Virus record (IMG/VR): IMGVR_UViG_3300014059_000004
Strand: one strand, 5' to 3'
Source of the DNA: a virus
Length of the DNA: 64,000 bases
Both the position numbers and the translations under genes were made by a program. This document shows, piece by piece, positions 10,023-19,536 of the stretch. Position 1 is the stretch's first letter. Each line of letters starts with the position of its first letter. Below the pieces are notes generated by a model. The model was not told the origin of the DNA. It saw only the letters and a program-made list of their open reading frames with translations, and did no database searches.

Positions 10023-10807
10023 ACGATGACATCAAGCCGACAACGCAAGCTTCATTCGCACAGTATGGAAAGTCCTTCCAAGAAAAGCTGTGCCAAGCGC
10101 TGCTCGTTGACAAGCAGTTTGCAGAGCAGATGCTGGAGGTGTTTAACGTAACGTACCTAGAACCAAAGTACTTGGTGTTCCTTGCTGAACGTTATTTTTC
10201 GTACGCTCAGAAGTACAAGGTGTTTCCAACCATGCAGCTGCTCATCACCATCATCAGGGATGAGCTGAAGATTGGCACTGACGTTGTCATCAGAGATCAG
10301 ATAGTAGATTACTTGCAACGCATGCGTTCTAATCCTGACGTTGGAGATCTTCAGTACGTCAAGGAAAAGGCGCTCGATTTCTGCAGGAAGCAAGCTCTGC
10401 GCAGCGCGCTTGAAGAAGCAGTTGATCAGATCCAGGCTGAGAAGTACGAATCGATCGTTGAGGGTATCAAGAAGGCTGTGATGGTTGGAACTGCTCCGCA
10501 GTTGGGTCATGATTTCTTTGCTGATTATGAGAGTCGCTTCACTAAGTTGTCAAGGAATGCAATCGCCACAGGTCTTCCAGAGCTAGACAAGAAAGATATC
10601 TTGAATGGCGGCTTGGGGTCCGGCGAGCTAGGTTGCGTTGTTGGTGCGACTGGAACAGGAAAGTGTGTTCATCGTAATACTTACATTCAGGTAAAATATA
10701 CTGGGGTGAGAATCGATGGAAAACTATACAAGCCTTGGGATCGAATTGCAACAAAACGCGGAATCATCTTTGCTAGAGATGTCATCGAATCAGACGAGCT
10801 TGAGTGA
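10019..10807 (+). CDS. replicative helicase (DnaB/gp41-like) N-terminal part ending in Walker A, fused to a short intein N-fragment (nt 10664-10804)
   Basis: Walker A 'GATGTGK' is immediately followed by 'CVHRNTYIQV...' (intein block A). A stop follows after 47 intein residues. Confidence 0.55.
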   Translation: MNDDIKPTTQASFAQYGKSFQEKLCQALLVDKQFAEQMLEVFNVTYLEPKYLVFLAERYFSYAQKYKVFPTMQLLITIIRDELKIGTDVVIRDQIVDYLQRMRSNPDVGDLQYVKEKALDFCRKQALRSALEEAVDQIQAEKYESIVEGIKKAVMVGTAPQLGHDFFADYESRFTKLSRNAIATGLPELDKKDILNGGLGSGELGCVVGATGTGKCVHRNTYIQVKYTGVRIDGKLYKPWDRIATKRGIIFARDVIESDELE

Positions 10808-12318
10808 AAAATTCAAGTGTCAACATTGTTATCAACAATACAACAACCAGTCTGGTTTGATTACGCATATTCGACGCAAACATTCAACAACATTCACAGA
10901 TTACAAGTTGAAATTTGCGCATCTTTACAAAGTTGAAAAAAGAGAGAAAAAACTTAGTCTAAATGAACTAGCTAGACGTAAACGTGATGAAAAAGCTATT
11001 GATGATGGACTTAAAGTTTTGAAGTGCGAAATTTGCAATTATGAATCTTACTATTCTTTGATATCGCACATCGTAAGAAAACACGGTGTTGACATGAAGG
11101 AATATCGATCAAAGTATCCCTCAACTGTCGTGCAGCAAGTTACATCAGACATTAGGGAGAAAAATAAGAAGAATGCAACATTGCATCTTTCAGATCCGAT
11201 CAAGAAAGCAAACTTTCTAAAACGAAGATCTTTTCCCTCTGAGATGAAACATTGGATCAATAAGGGATTTTCATCAGATGAAGCAAAGAAAAAAGTTGCT
11301 GAATTTCAACAAAAGATTGCGCTTAAAGGCAATAATGAAAAAACGAAGGCAAAGCAGTCAATTAGAAATTCTGGTCAAAATAATCCAATGTCATTGACGT
11401 CAATTTCGAAACGCATGGGTGTTTCGAAGAATGAAGCAAGCAAATTGACGCCGTGTTATGGAAGATCAGGGTTTAAACACCCGATGTTTGGAAAAAAACA
11501 CAGCGTTGAAGCTTTGAACAAAATTGGTCGGCACATTAATCATACTGGTCGTTCGAAAATTGAACATGAAATGTCTGATTTGATCATTGCATTGTACGGT
11601 GGTCTAAAGAATGTTGGAGTCAACGGTTGGTGTTGTGATTACGTTAATCATAATCACCAAATCATAGTTGAATTTTTTGGTGATTATTGGCATCACAACC
11701 CAGAAAAATATGATAGAAATTTTGTCAACAACTTTACTAAACGTTCATCTGAAGAAGTTTGGTCACGTGATGCACGAAAATTGAATGAACTTAGAGAGAG
11801 TGGTTATAACGTTGTTGTGATCTGGGAATCTGATTGGCGAAACAAAAAAGAAGTCTGTTTGAACAGGATAAAAGATGCTTTCAATAGAACATTGTGAAGT
11901 TGTTGAAGTTGTTAAAATTGGTGATCTGTTTGATGATATTGGATTTGATGATAAATCTACTGTTGATGACTCTGGTGATTCATTCATTCCAAATGAATGG
12001 TCGATAGAAGTTAGATCACTTGACACTTTTTATCCTATAGATGGTTTTCGTTGGACAAAACCTGAACAGCAAGTGAAGTTGACATATGGCAAAGAATCTT
12101 CTTTGCAATGCTCACCAGAACACATTGTTTTGAAGTATTCTTCTACAGAAACTCAATGGACAAAAGTCAATGATCTATCGCCGGGTGATGACATTGTCAC
12201 TGTTAATGGCATTTGTACGATTGATTCGATTGATAATCTCGAGGAAATTGATCGTCTTTGCGATTTTCAAGTATCAATTGCGCACTCTTATTATGCTGAC
12301 GGTGTGTTGTCACATAAC
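10664..12318 (+). mobile_element. fractured-gene element: atypically split intein (47-aa N-fragment) plus homing-endonuclease gene inside the helicase P-loop
   Basis: The three pieces are in three different frames. The extein junction reconstitutes 'GTGK-S'. Confidence 0.5.
10716..11897 (+). CDS. free-standing homing endonuclease (C2H2 zinc fingers plus Vsr-like PD-(D/E)xK nuclease) between intein fragments
   Basis: 'CQHCYQQY...HIRRKH' and 'CEICNYES...HIVRKH' C2H2 fingers. C-terminal 'IIVEFFGDYWHHNP...VVVIWESDW' Vsr-like motif. Confidence 0.55.
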   Translation: MENYTSLGIELQQNAESSLLEMSSNQTSLSEKFKCQHCYQQYNNQSGLITHIRRKHSTTFTDYKLKFAHLYKVEKREKKLSLNELARRKRDEKAIDDGLKVLKCEICNYESYYSLISHIVRKHGVDMKEYRSKYPSTVVQQVTSDIREKNKKNATLHLSDPIKKANFLKRRSFPSEMKHWINKGFSSDEAKKKVAEFQQKIALKGNNEKTKAKQSIRNSGQNNPMSLTSISKRMGVSKNEASKLTPCYGRSGFKHPMFGKKHSVEALNKIGRHINHTGRSKIEHEMSDLIIALYGGLKNVGVNGWCCDYVNHNHQIIVEFFGDYWHHNPEKYDRNFVNNFTKRSSEEVWSRDARKLNELRESGYNVVVIWESDWRNKKEVCLNRIKDAFNRTL

Positions 12319-13116
12319 TCTCATTTCTTGACGTTCTTGGGTGCAATGGCGCTGAGGAACAACGTTGATGTTCTTCACTACACGTTCGAGCTATCAGAGA
12401 CTCAAGTTGGTATCAGGTACGATTCTAACTTGTGTGACATTGATTCGAATGCTGTCATTGACAGCAAGGATCGTATTCTTACTAAGTACGCAGAGCAAAA
12501 GCTGGGACGCTTGATCATCAAGTACTTTCCGACGAACACGGCTAGCATCTACACGCTTCGAAGTCACATCGAGCGCCTCGGAACGAAGGGTTTCAGGCCA
12601 GGATTGATCATCATCGACTATGCTGACATCATGAGATCAACTCGTCAGTTCGATTCTTTGAGACACGAGCTTAAGCTCGTTTACGAAGAACTAAGAGGAA
12701 TGGCTGGCGAGCTAGGAATCCCAGTGTGGACAGCGAGCCAGAGCAACAAAGAGGGAGCGACAAGCGAGATCATCGACATGGGAAACATGTCTGAAGCTTA
12801 CGGCAAGGCGATGATCGCTGACGTGATCGTCAGCATCTCTAGGCGCGCTCACGAGAAGTCAACGGGTCAAGGTCGATTGTACGTTGCAAAGAATCGTGCA
12901 GGGCGCGATGGTCTTGTTTACCCGTTGCACATTGACACCTCAAAGAGCAACTTTGAGATCTTGGGTGGACCGGGTTCTTTGGACGTCGCCATGAAGGAGA
13001 ACGAATCTGACATTAAGAAAGTTCTTCGTTCAAAGTGGAACGAGATGAGAAATGATCCAATCATCGGCGAAAATCTAAAAAGAGGAAGCGATTCTAGCGA
13101 TGACACGGGTTCTTGA
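11875..13116 (+). CDS. intein C-piece (148 aa, contains block B and terminal 'SHN') fused to helicase C-terminal RecA-like domain
   Basis: 'LTYGKESSLQCSPEHIVL' (block B-like)...'YYADGVLSHN|S', then helicase motifs 'LIIIDYADIM' and 'GIPVWTASQSNKEG'. Confidence 0.55.
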   Translation: MLSIEHCEVVEVVKIGDLFDDIGFDDKSTVDDSGDSFIPNEWSIEVRSLDTFYPIDGFRWTKPEQQVKLTYGKESSLQCSPEHIVLKYSSTETQWTKVNDLSPGDDIVTVNGICTIDSIDNLEEIDRLCDFQVSIAHSYYADGVLSHNSHFLTFLGAMALRNNVDVLHYTFELSETQVGIRYDSNLCDIDSNAVIDSKDRILTKYAEQKLGRLIIKYFPTNTASIYTLRSHIERLGTKGFRPGLIIIDYADIMRSTRQFDSLRHELKLVYEELRGMAGELGIPVWTASQSNKEGATSEIIDMGNMSEAYGKAMIADVIVSISRRAHEKSTGQGRLYVAKNRAGRDGLVYPLHIDTSKSNFEILGGPGSLDVAMKENESDIKKVLRSKWNEMRNDPIIGENLKRGSDSSDDTGS

Positions 13117-13176
13117 AGTGCGTATAGTTATGAAGCACCCCTTAGCGAACTGCTGTAGAGTGGAAAGAAAGCAAGA

Positions 13177-16100
13177 ATGAAGACATTTACGTACCAAGAA
13201 GCTCGTGATGCATCGGTTGACTATTTTTCTGGTGACACTCTAGCTGCTGATGTTTTTGTGTCCAAATATGCGTTGCGTGATTCAAATGATCAAGTTCTAG
13301 AGAGCACACCAGAAGCCATGCATCGTCGCCTGGCGAAGGAGTTCGCTAGGATAGAGTTGAACTACAAAAACTCTATTTCGTTCGAAGAAATCATGGAGTA
13401 TTTCAGCTCTTGGAAGATCGTGCCTCAAGGATCGCCGATGTCTGCGATTGGAAACACGAAGCAGATCCAGTCTCTGTCAAATTGCTTTGTCATTGAATCG
13501 CCGTACGATTCTTACGGCGGAATCATGAAGACCGACCAAGAGCAAGCTCAGATCATGAAGCGCCGCGGTGGTGTTGGATTCGACATCTCGTCAATCAGAC
13601 CAAAGGGATTGGTCACAACTAACGCTGCTCGTACGACCGATGGCATCGGTGTTTTCATGGAGCGCTTCAGCAACACTTGCAGGGAAGTCGCGCAAGGCGG
13701 TCGCCGTGGTGCTTTGATGATGACAATCTCTGTTCATCACCCAGAGATTCGCACGTTCATCAACATCAAGAAGAACGTTGAAAAAGTTACAGGCGCAAAC
13801 ATCTCGATCAGGTTGACTGATGAGTTCATGCGATCAGTGAAGGCTAGCGAGAAGTTCCAGCTAAGGTTCCCAGTTGAAGCAAATGCACAGCATACGATCA
13901 AAGAAGATGTCGACGCTGGTGAACTGTGGAATGAGATCATCGAGGCTGCTCATGCATCAGCTGAACCCGGTTTGCTATTTTGGGACAACGTTGTCAACAA
14001 CGGCCCAGCAGATGCATATCCCGGTTTCAAGTCTATCTCTACGAATCCTTGCTCTGAGATTGCTCTTTGCGCTTACGATTCGTGCAGATTGCTGCTTCTT
14101 AACGTTTCAAAGTTCGTAGAGAATCCTTTCACTGACAGAGCAAACTTCAACATCAAAGAGTTCAAGAGAGCTGCGTACGTTGCTCAACGCTTGATGGACG
14201 ACTTGGTTGATCTTGAGCTCGAAGCCGTCGATAGGATCATCGACAAGATCAACTCAGATCCAGAACCAGACGACGTAAAGAAGAACGAGCTAGATCTTTG
14301 GTTGAAGATCAGGGAAAAAGGTGCCTCGGGCCGTCGCACTGGTTTGGGAATCACTGGTCTTGGTGATGCCATTGCGTACGTTGGGTTGAAGTACGGATCA
14401 AGGGAATCTATCGATTTCACGGAAGATCTGTATAGAATGTTGGCTCTTTCTGCGTACCGTTCGTCAGTTGACATGGCGGCAGAACGTGGAGCATTTCCTG
14501 CGTTTTCTCACAACGTTGAAGCTGGTCATCCGTTCATTGAAAAGATCTTGGCACATGATGATGAGCTAAGGGCTGCATACAAGGTTCACGGTCGTCGTAA
14601 CATTGCCTTGACAACAACTGCACCCGCTGGATCAGTTTCAATCCTGACTCAAACAACGTCTGGTTGCGAACCTGTTTTTGCAGTTAGCTACAAGCGCAAG
14701 AAGAAGATCAATTCGAACGACGTCACGACCACAGCCAACTTTGTTGATGATCTTGGAGATCGTTGGCAAGAGTATACTGTCTACCATCATGGATTGAAGA
14801 TGTGGATGGATGTGACTGGAAAGACAGAGGCTGATATCGATGAATCGCCTTACAAGGGTTCTTCTAGTTCTGAGATCGATTGGCATGCTCGTGTTGACCT
14901 TCAAGCCGCAGCCCAAAGATGGATCTGCCATGCAATTTCCAGCACTGTCAACTTGCCATCAGATACGTCAGTTGAGACAGTTAAAAACATCTACATGCGA
15001 GGTTGGGAATCTGGGTGCAAGGGAATCACAGTGTATCGTGATGGTTGCAGAGCAGGCGTTCTATCGACAGAAGAGAAAAAGCCAAGTATTCAAGGAGCGT
15101 CAACCGATGGCTTGAAAGCCCTTCTTGACATTGTCACTAAGAACGTTAGCAGCATTCCATCAGCTGATTTGTACAAAAAATTGATTGAAGAAGAGCTCAC
15201 GAGGAGAGAGCCGACTCAACCAGAAAAGGTCGTCGAAGTTCATGCTCCGAAGCGTCCAAAAGAGCTAGAGTGTGACATCCATCGAGTCAACATCAAAGGC
15301 GAACAGTATCTTGTCTTCGTCGGATTGCTGAACGGCGTTCCATACGAAGTCTTTGCCGGTCTGTCAGAACACGTTGAAGTGCCAAAGAAAGTTAAGAAGG
15401 GAATCTTGATCAAGAATGGCAAGAAAGACGGCGTTGCAACGTACAATCTAAAGATTCCGGTGGGAGATGATGATTTTGTGACGTTCAAAGACGTTGTTAA
15501 CTTGTTTGACAACCCAACTTACGGTTCGTTCACCAGAACGTTGTCTCTAACGTTGAGGCATGGCATCCCGCTTCAGTACATCGTCGAGCAGCTTCGCAAA
15601 GACAAGCACAGCGACATGATGTCATTTTCAACTGTCATTGCTAGAGTCTTGAGCAAGGGTTACATCGTCGACGGAACGAAAGCAACGCAAGAAAAGCAGT
15701 GCTCAAGTTGCGGTTCTGATCAGCTAGCGTACATGGAAGGTTGCCAGACGTGCATGAACTGCGGAAGTAGCAAGTGTTCCTTATACTTAACTCCAAGACG
15801 AAAGGTTGATGACGTGAAAATCAAGATCACACCGCAGATGCTGAGGCAGCTTGTTAATGAAGAAGTTCTGAACGTGAAGCGCAAGGGAACTTTGAAGGAA
15901 GCCTTTGGACCATACGATGCTACTGGCGAGTATGATGACAAGGAATATGGCATGCAGCCGTGGAACTTTGAAGAGTCACACAGGGAATTGTTTGCGCAAG
16001 CGCTTGAACCGGTTATCAATGAATTCATGGAGTCTTTGGCTGAGATCGCTGAAAGAGCTTCACCACCAGATGCTAACATGTCTGCGCAAGATATTGGTAG

Positions 16101-16557
16101 CGATGAATACAACAGTTTCGGTGAAGACCTCAAAGAAGATCTTTTGAAGGTCATTGCTCAACACATGAAGAATGCGTCTGAAAATTTTGGTCTTTTAGAG
16201 GTTAACGTTATGAAGATAAAGCTAAGTGATCTGCGAAAGATCATCAGAGAAGTTGCAGTTTCACCTGCTGTCTTCAAGAGCAGCCAACCTGCAAAAGATC
16301 CGATGGAGAAGAAGAACATTGTCAAAGCGGTCTCTGATTTGAAGACAGCGTTCGAATCAGCGCTTCTAAGCAACCTTGTTCTTGCGAACCCAGAGAAGTA
16401 CGATGAATCCTCGAGAGAATTTGATGATCAGATGTACGAATCTCTTAAGACAACAGCGGCCTCAGCATCTGAACAAGTAGCATCAAAGATCAATGATGCA
16501 GTTCAGACTGCATGGGTTGCTGCACACAAAAACTCTAAGGTAAATCACTTAAAGTGA
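13177..16557 (+). CDS. nrdJ: ribonucleotide reductase, probably class II (NrdJ-like), with a roughly 250-aa non-RNR C-terminal extension
   Basis: Active-site 'NPCSEIAL'. C-terminal Zn-ribbon 'CSSCGSDQ...CQTCMNCGSSKC'. No nrdB partner. The extension carries two in-frame copies of the leader motif (see findings). Confidence 0.7.
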   Translation: MKTFTYQEARDASVDYFSGDTLAADVFVSKYALRDSNDQVLESTPEAMHRRLAKEFARIELNYKNSISFEEIMEYFSSWKIVPQGSPMSAIGNTKQIQSLSNCFVIESPYDSYGGIMKTDQEQAQIMKRRGGVGFDISSIRPKGLVTTNAARTTDGIGVFMERFSNTCREVAQGGRRGALMMTISVHHPEIRTFINIKKNVEKVTGANISIRLTDEFMRSVKASEKFQLRFPVEANAQHTIKEDVDAGELWNEIIEAAHASAEPGLLFWDNVVNNGPADAYPGFKSISTNPCSEIALCAYDSCRLLLLNVSKFVENPFTDRANFNIKEFKRAAYVAQRLMDDLVDLELEAVDRIIDKINSDPEPDDVKKNELDLWLKIREKGASGRRTGLGITGLGDAIAYVGLKYGSRESIDFTEDLYRMLALSAYRSSVDMAAERGAFPAFSHNVEAGHPFIEKILAHDDELRAAYKVHGRRNIALTTTAPAGSVSILTQTTSGCEPVFAVSYKRKKKINSNDVTTTANFVDDLGDRWQEYTVYHHGLKMWMDVTGKTEADIDESPYKGSSSSEIDWHARVDLQAAAQRWICHAISSTVNLPSDTSVETVKNIYMRGWESGCKGITVYRDGCRAGVLSTEEKKPSIQGASTDGLKALLDIVTKNVSSIPSADLYKKLIEEELTRREPTQPEKVVEVHAPKRPKELECDIHRVNIKGEQYLVFVGLLNGVPYEVFAGLSEHVEVPKKVKKGILIKNGKKDGVATYNLKIPVGDDDFVTFKDVVNLFDNPTYGSFTRTLSLTLRHGIPLQYIVEQLRKDKHSDMMSFSTVIARVLSKGYIVDGTKATQEKQCSSCGSDQLAYMEGCQTCMNCGSSKCSLYLTPRRKVDDVKIKITPQMLRQLVNEEVLNVKRKGTLKEAFGPYDATGEYDDKEYGMQPWNFEESHRELFAQALEPVINEFMESLAEIAERASPPDANMSAQDIGSDEYNSFGEDLKEDLLKVIAQHMKNASENFGLLEVNVMKIKLSDLRKIIREVAVSPAVFKSSQPAKDPMEKKNIVKAVSDLKTAFESALLSNLVLANPEKYDESSREFDDQMYESLKTTAASASEQVASKINDAVQTAWVAAHKNSKVNHLK

Positions 16558-16817
16558 AGATAACAGAAGCAGATCTCAGGAAGATCATCTCAGAAGAACT
16601 TTTGAGAGGTGTTCCTGAGTTTGTCATACGTCAGGCTTCAAGCGATTGCGTCGATCGTGTTCGACAGCACGTAACTCGGTTCATCCAGCAAAGAGCAGAG
16701 AATCAGACACACGCTCGCGAGCTAACAAAGCTAGCAAACCAGCTGCTTGAAGAGCTTGAGGACGAGATGTACGATCTGATCGAAGACAAGCTTCTAGCTT
16801 TCGTTCAAAGAACATAG
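16554..16817 (+). CDS. small protein of the shared N-terminal-leader family
   Basis: GTG start. 'VKITEADLRKIISEELL' leader. Confidence 0.4.
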   Translation: MKITEADLRKIISEELLRGVPEFVIRQASSDCVDRVRQHVTRFIQQRAENQTHARELTKLANQLLEELEDEMYDLIEDKLLAFVQRT

Positions 16818-16854
16818 CTTGAACAGCTAGCTTGGCATGCAGTAGAATGGCTGC

Positions 16855-17154
16855 ATGGATAACACGGAATACGTAGAATGCAAGTGTGGTTCATTTCCGC
16901 ACTTGCTTCGTTTTTACGTGGCAGAAGATGGATCAGTTGAAGTAGAGTACCTTCTGAAGGGTTACTTGCCGTGGTATAAGAGAATTTATCACGGCATTCG
17001 TTACATTTTGGGCTTTGACGTAGGACAAAATTTGTACGATTGTAGCATTCTTGATTGGGACGCTCAGAATAAGATCATAAAGTTGTTCAATGAAGTAGCA
17101 CATGAGCGCAGAAGAACGTATCTTCTAAATTACGACTATGGTGATGGTAAATGA
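16855..17154 (+). CDS. hypothetical protein
   Basis: 99-aa ORF, no motifs. Confidence 0.3.
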   Translation: MDNTEYVECKCGSFPHLLRFYVAEDGSVEVEYLLKGYLPWYKRIYHGIRYILGFDVGQNLYDCSILDWDAQNKIIKLFNEVAHERRRTYLLNYDYGDGK

Positions 17155-17187
17155 TACTACTACGCAGATCCACTATATCTATGATTC

Positions 17188-17943
17188 ATGTGGTATGTTT
17201 ATGTGTACAAAGATCCGATCGATTCTGTTGTGTTTTATGTAGGAAAAGGTCAAGGAAATCGTCATCGTTCACATCTGTTTAGAGCTAAAACTTGGATTGA
17301 TAAAGGAAAGCCAAACAAATATGGGTCGATCAATATTCACTTGATGAGAAAAATATCACAACTATGGGATAACAAGCTTGAGCCAATCGTTGAAATTCTC
17401 GAAAATTATTCTGTTGAAGAAGATGCATATTCAAGAGAGATTGTTGAAATTAACAATCATAGATCCGAACGATTGTGCAATATTGCAAATGGTGGTGAAG
17501 GTCTAAGAGCATGCGCAAAAGAAACAATAGAGAAAATTAAAGCTAGTCGAAAAATTTGGCTTGAATCTGAAAAAGGACAGTCTTGGAGAAAGACTATGTC
17601 AGAAAGTAGAAAAGGTGTAGGAAATCCTGCTTATGGTAAAAAAGAAGCAGAAGATCATAAAATAGCTAGAATGAAGAATCTGCTTTCAAAAACTCGTTGG
17701 AATAAAGGTCTACGAGGTGATCCACGTAGCGCAGGTCATCCAAAAGGTGTTTCTACGTGGAATGCTAAAGTATGTCGAATTACTAATCAGATTACTGGTC
17801 AGATCGTAGAAGCTGAATCAAAGACAAAATTGGCAAAGAAACTTAAAGAACAACATGTTGAATTGTCAATGTCATCTTTGTCTCGAGCTCTAGCAACTGG
17901 TAAGGCTGTTAAAAATTGGAAAGTTGAATATGTCACCAAATGA
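17188..17943 (+). CDS. free-standing GIY-YIG homing endonuclease
   Basis: 'YVYVYKDPIDSVVFYVGKGQGNRHRSH' GIY-YIG motif. Basic C-terminal DNA-binding region. Confidence 0.6.
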   Translation: MWYVYVYKDPIDSVVFYVGKGQGNRHRSHLFRAKTWIDKGKPNKYGSINIHLMRKISQLWDNKLEPIVEILENYSVEEDAYSREIVEINNHRSERLCNIANGGEGLRACAKETIEKIKASRKIWLESEKGQSWRKTMSESRKGVGNPAYGKKEAEDHKIARMKNLLSKTRWNKGLRGDPRSAGHPKGVSTWNAKVCRITNQITGQIVEAESKTKLAKKLKEQHVELSMSSLSRALATGKAVKNWKVEYVTK

Positions 17944-18592
17944 GAACAAAGTTGAATTGATTGGACTGTATGGTTCAGATGAAACACATGCACTTAGTGC
18001 ATGGACTTCAACGTCACGTAATTTGACTGATGAAAAAAGAGAACGTATACAACAGTTGCTTAAAATGCTAGCAGACAATGATCATGCTACGCCATTTGAA
18101 AAATCAAGCCTGCATTTTCTTGTGACAACGGACGTGGGATCACACATTCATCTTCTCAAGCATCGCATCGGTGTTTCTATCAACGCTGAATCTGCGCGGT
18201 ACAAAGAATTGAAAGATGACAAGTATTACGTTCCATTTGACTGGGATGTTGAAGAACGAGCTCAATACATTCAACACCTTGAATCTTCGTTGGCACAGTA
18301 CCATGAAGTTCTAGAACGTCTTGTGAAGAAAGGCATGTCAAGGAAGCGAGCAAAAGAATCTGCAAGATTTTACCTGCCGTACGGCAATCAGATCACCGCA
18401 GACGTGATGTTTAACTTCAGAAGCTTCGTTCACTTCTTGGAGCTCAGAAGGTCCAAGCATGCTCAAGCAGAGATCTACAACGTTGCTGATGCAATGCTTC
18501 GTTCAGTCGTCGCGGACGGCCGCTTCAACAAGAGCTTCTTGGCATTTGGATTCATCGACGAGATGGGTAACGTTCTAGAACCGGGAGAGTGA
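17924..18592 (+). CDS. thyX: flavin-dependent thymidylate synthase
   Basis: ThyX signature 'KHRIGVSINAESARY' (RHRxxSxxxxSxR). Confidence 0.8.
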   Translation: MNMSPNENKVELIGLYGSDETHALSAWTSTSRNLTDEKRERIQQLLKMLADNDHATPFEKSSLHFLVTTDVGSHIHLLKHRIGVSINAESARYKELKDDKYYVPFDWDVEERAQYIQHLESSLAQYHEVLERLVKKGMSRKRAKESARFYLPYGNQITADVMFNFRSFVHFLELRRSKHAQAEIYNVADAMLRSVVADGRFNKSFLAFGFIDEMGNVLEPGE

Positions 18593-19176
18593 AAATGGCA
18601 AAGATCATCGTCGTTGAAGGTGCAGATCAGCTTGGAAAAGAAACACAATCTAGGATGCTAGTAGCTTGGCTCATGAGCCAGGGTTACAGAGCTACACGAG
18701 TTGAAGTGCCAGTTCGAGATCACTTCACTTACCCGCTAATCTACAAGATGTTGAAGAATGGATGGGCAAATTCTTACCCAAACCTATTCCAGGCGATCCA
18801 ACATGCTAATCGACTAGCGTTCCAGACGTTCACGCTTCCGAAGCTAGAGCGTGAAAATGATTACGTAGTGTTCGATCGTTGGACGTTGTCGTCGATCATC
18901 TATGGTGATCTGACGTACGCAGATGCTGAGAAAACAAGAGAGAGGATATCTAAGCTGCGCCGAGCCGATCTGACAATCGTGATTCACGGTAAGTCATTTG
19001 GCAAGCGCGGTGATGATGCTTATGAAGCTGATGAAGTATTCCAGAGGATCGTCAACAATCGTTACGTTGATTGGGCCGATGCTCACCTTGCTTGCGCAAA
19101 GGTTTCAAATGCAGGATCTCGTCATGAGGTCCACGAGAAGGTCATCATTGCTGTTAGAGAATCTGGCCTAATTTGA
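18589..19176 (+). CDS. thymidylate/dNMP kinase-like P-loop kinase
   Basis: 'IIVVEGADQLGKETQSRML' Tmk-like P-loop. 'FDRW' substrate-binding region. Confidence 0.5.
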   Translation: MKMAKIIVVEGADQLGKETQSRMLVAWLMSQGYRATRVEVPVRDHFTYPLIYKMLKNGWANSYPNLFQAIQHANRLAFQTFTLPKLERENDYVVFDRWTLSSIIYGDLTYADAEKTRERISKLRRADLTIVIHGKSFGKRGDDAYEADEVFQRIVNNRYVDWADAHLACAKVSNAGSRHEVHEKVIIAVRESGLI

Positions 19177-19212
19177 GTTGAACAGAACACAAACCTGTAG
19201 TAGGATACTAAG

Positions 19213-19500
19213 ATGGATAAAACATACAAGCTATCAGATTCAGTTATCGCACGCATTGCACAAATTCTTCAAGAGGGAATCTTGATGGGCGTTGACATCG
19301 TTGACCTTCTTCGAATGGTTGAAGTTGAAACGTTTGGCGAAGAGCTCGTCTTGACGAAGGGTTACGTTGAACGAGTGAAGGCATCTCATGATGATGCACT
19401 TGCAAAGGTTGAACAGCTTAAGTCTGAGAGAAATAAGAACAGAGTAGTTATCGGTGATTTATGTCTGTGCTTGAAGGCGCCGTTGCAATTCTTCTGCTAA
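19213..19500 (+). CDS. hypothetical protein
   Basis: 95-aa ORF. Confidence 0.3.
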   Translation: MDKTYKLSDSVIARIAQILQEGILMGVDIVDLLRMVEVETFGEELVLTKGYVERVKASHDDALAKVEQLKSERNKNRVVIGDLCLCLKAPLQFFC

Positions 19501-19536
19501 CTCTCTGCTTTTTTATCGGTGAGCTAAAAAGGAAAC

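Noticed and set aside
15720-16154. 144-aa minus-strand ORF inside nrdJ.
   Set aside because: It is antisense to a conserved RNR region and has no independent support.
13177-16557. Possibility that the 1126-aa RNR contains a contiguous intein.
   Set aside because: No intein block A (Cys/Ser-x-x-x-D-[ST]) was found after a catalytic motif, and no terminal HN followed by C/S/T. The extra length is a C-terminal extension after the Zn-ribbon, explained instead by the tandem leader modules.
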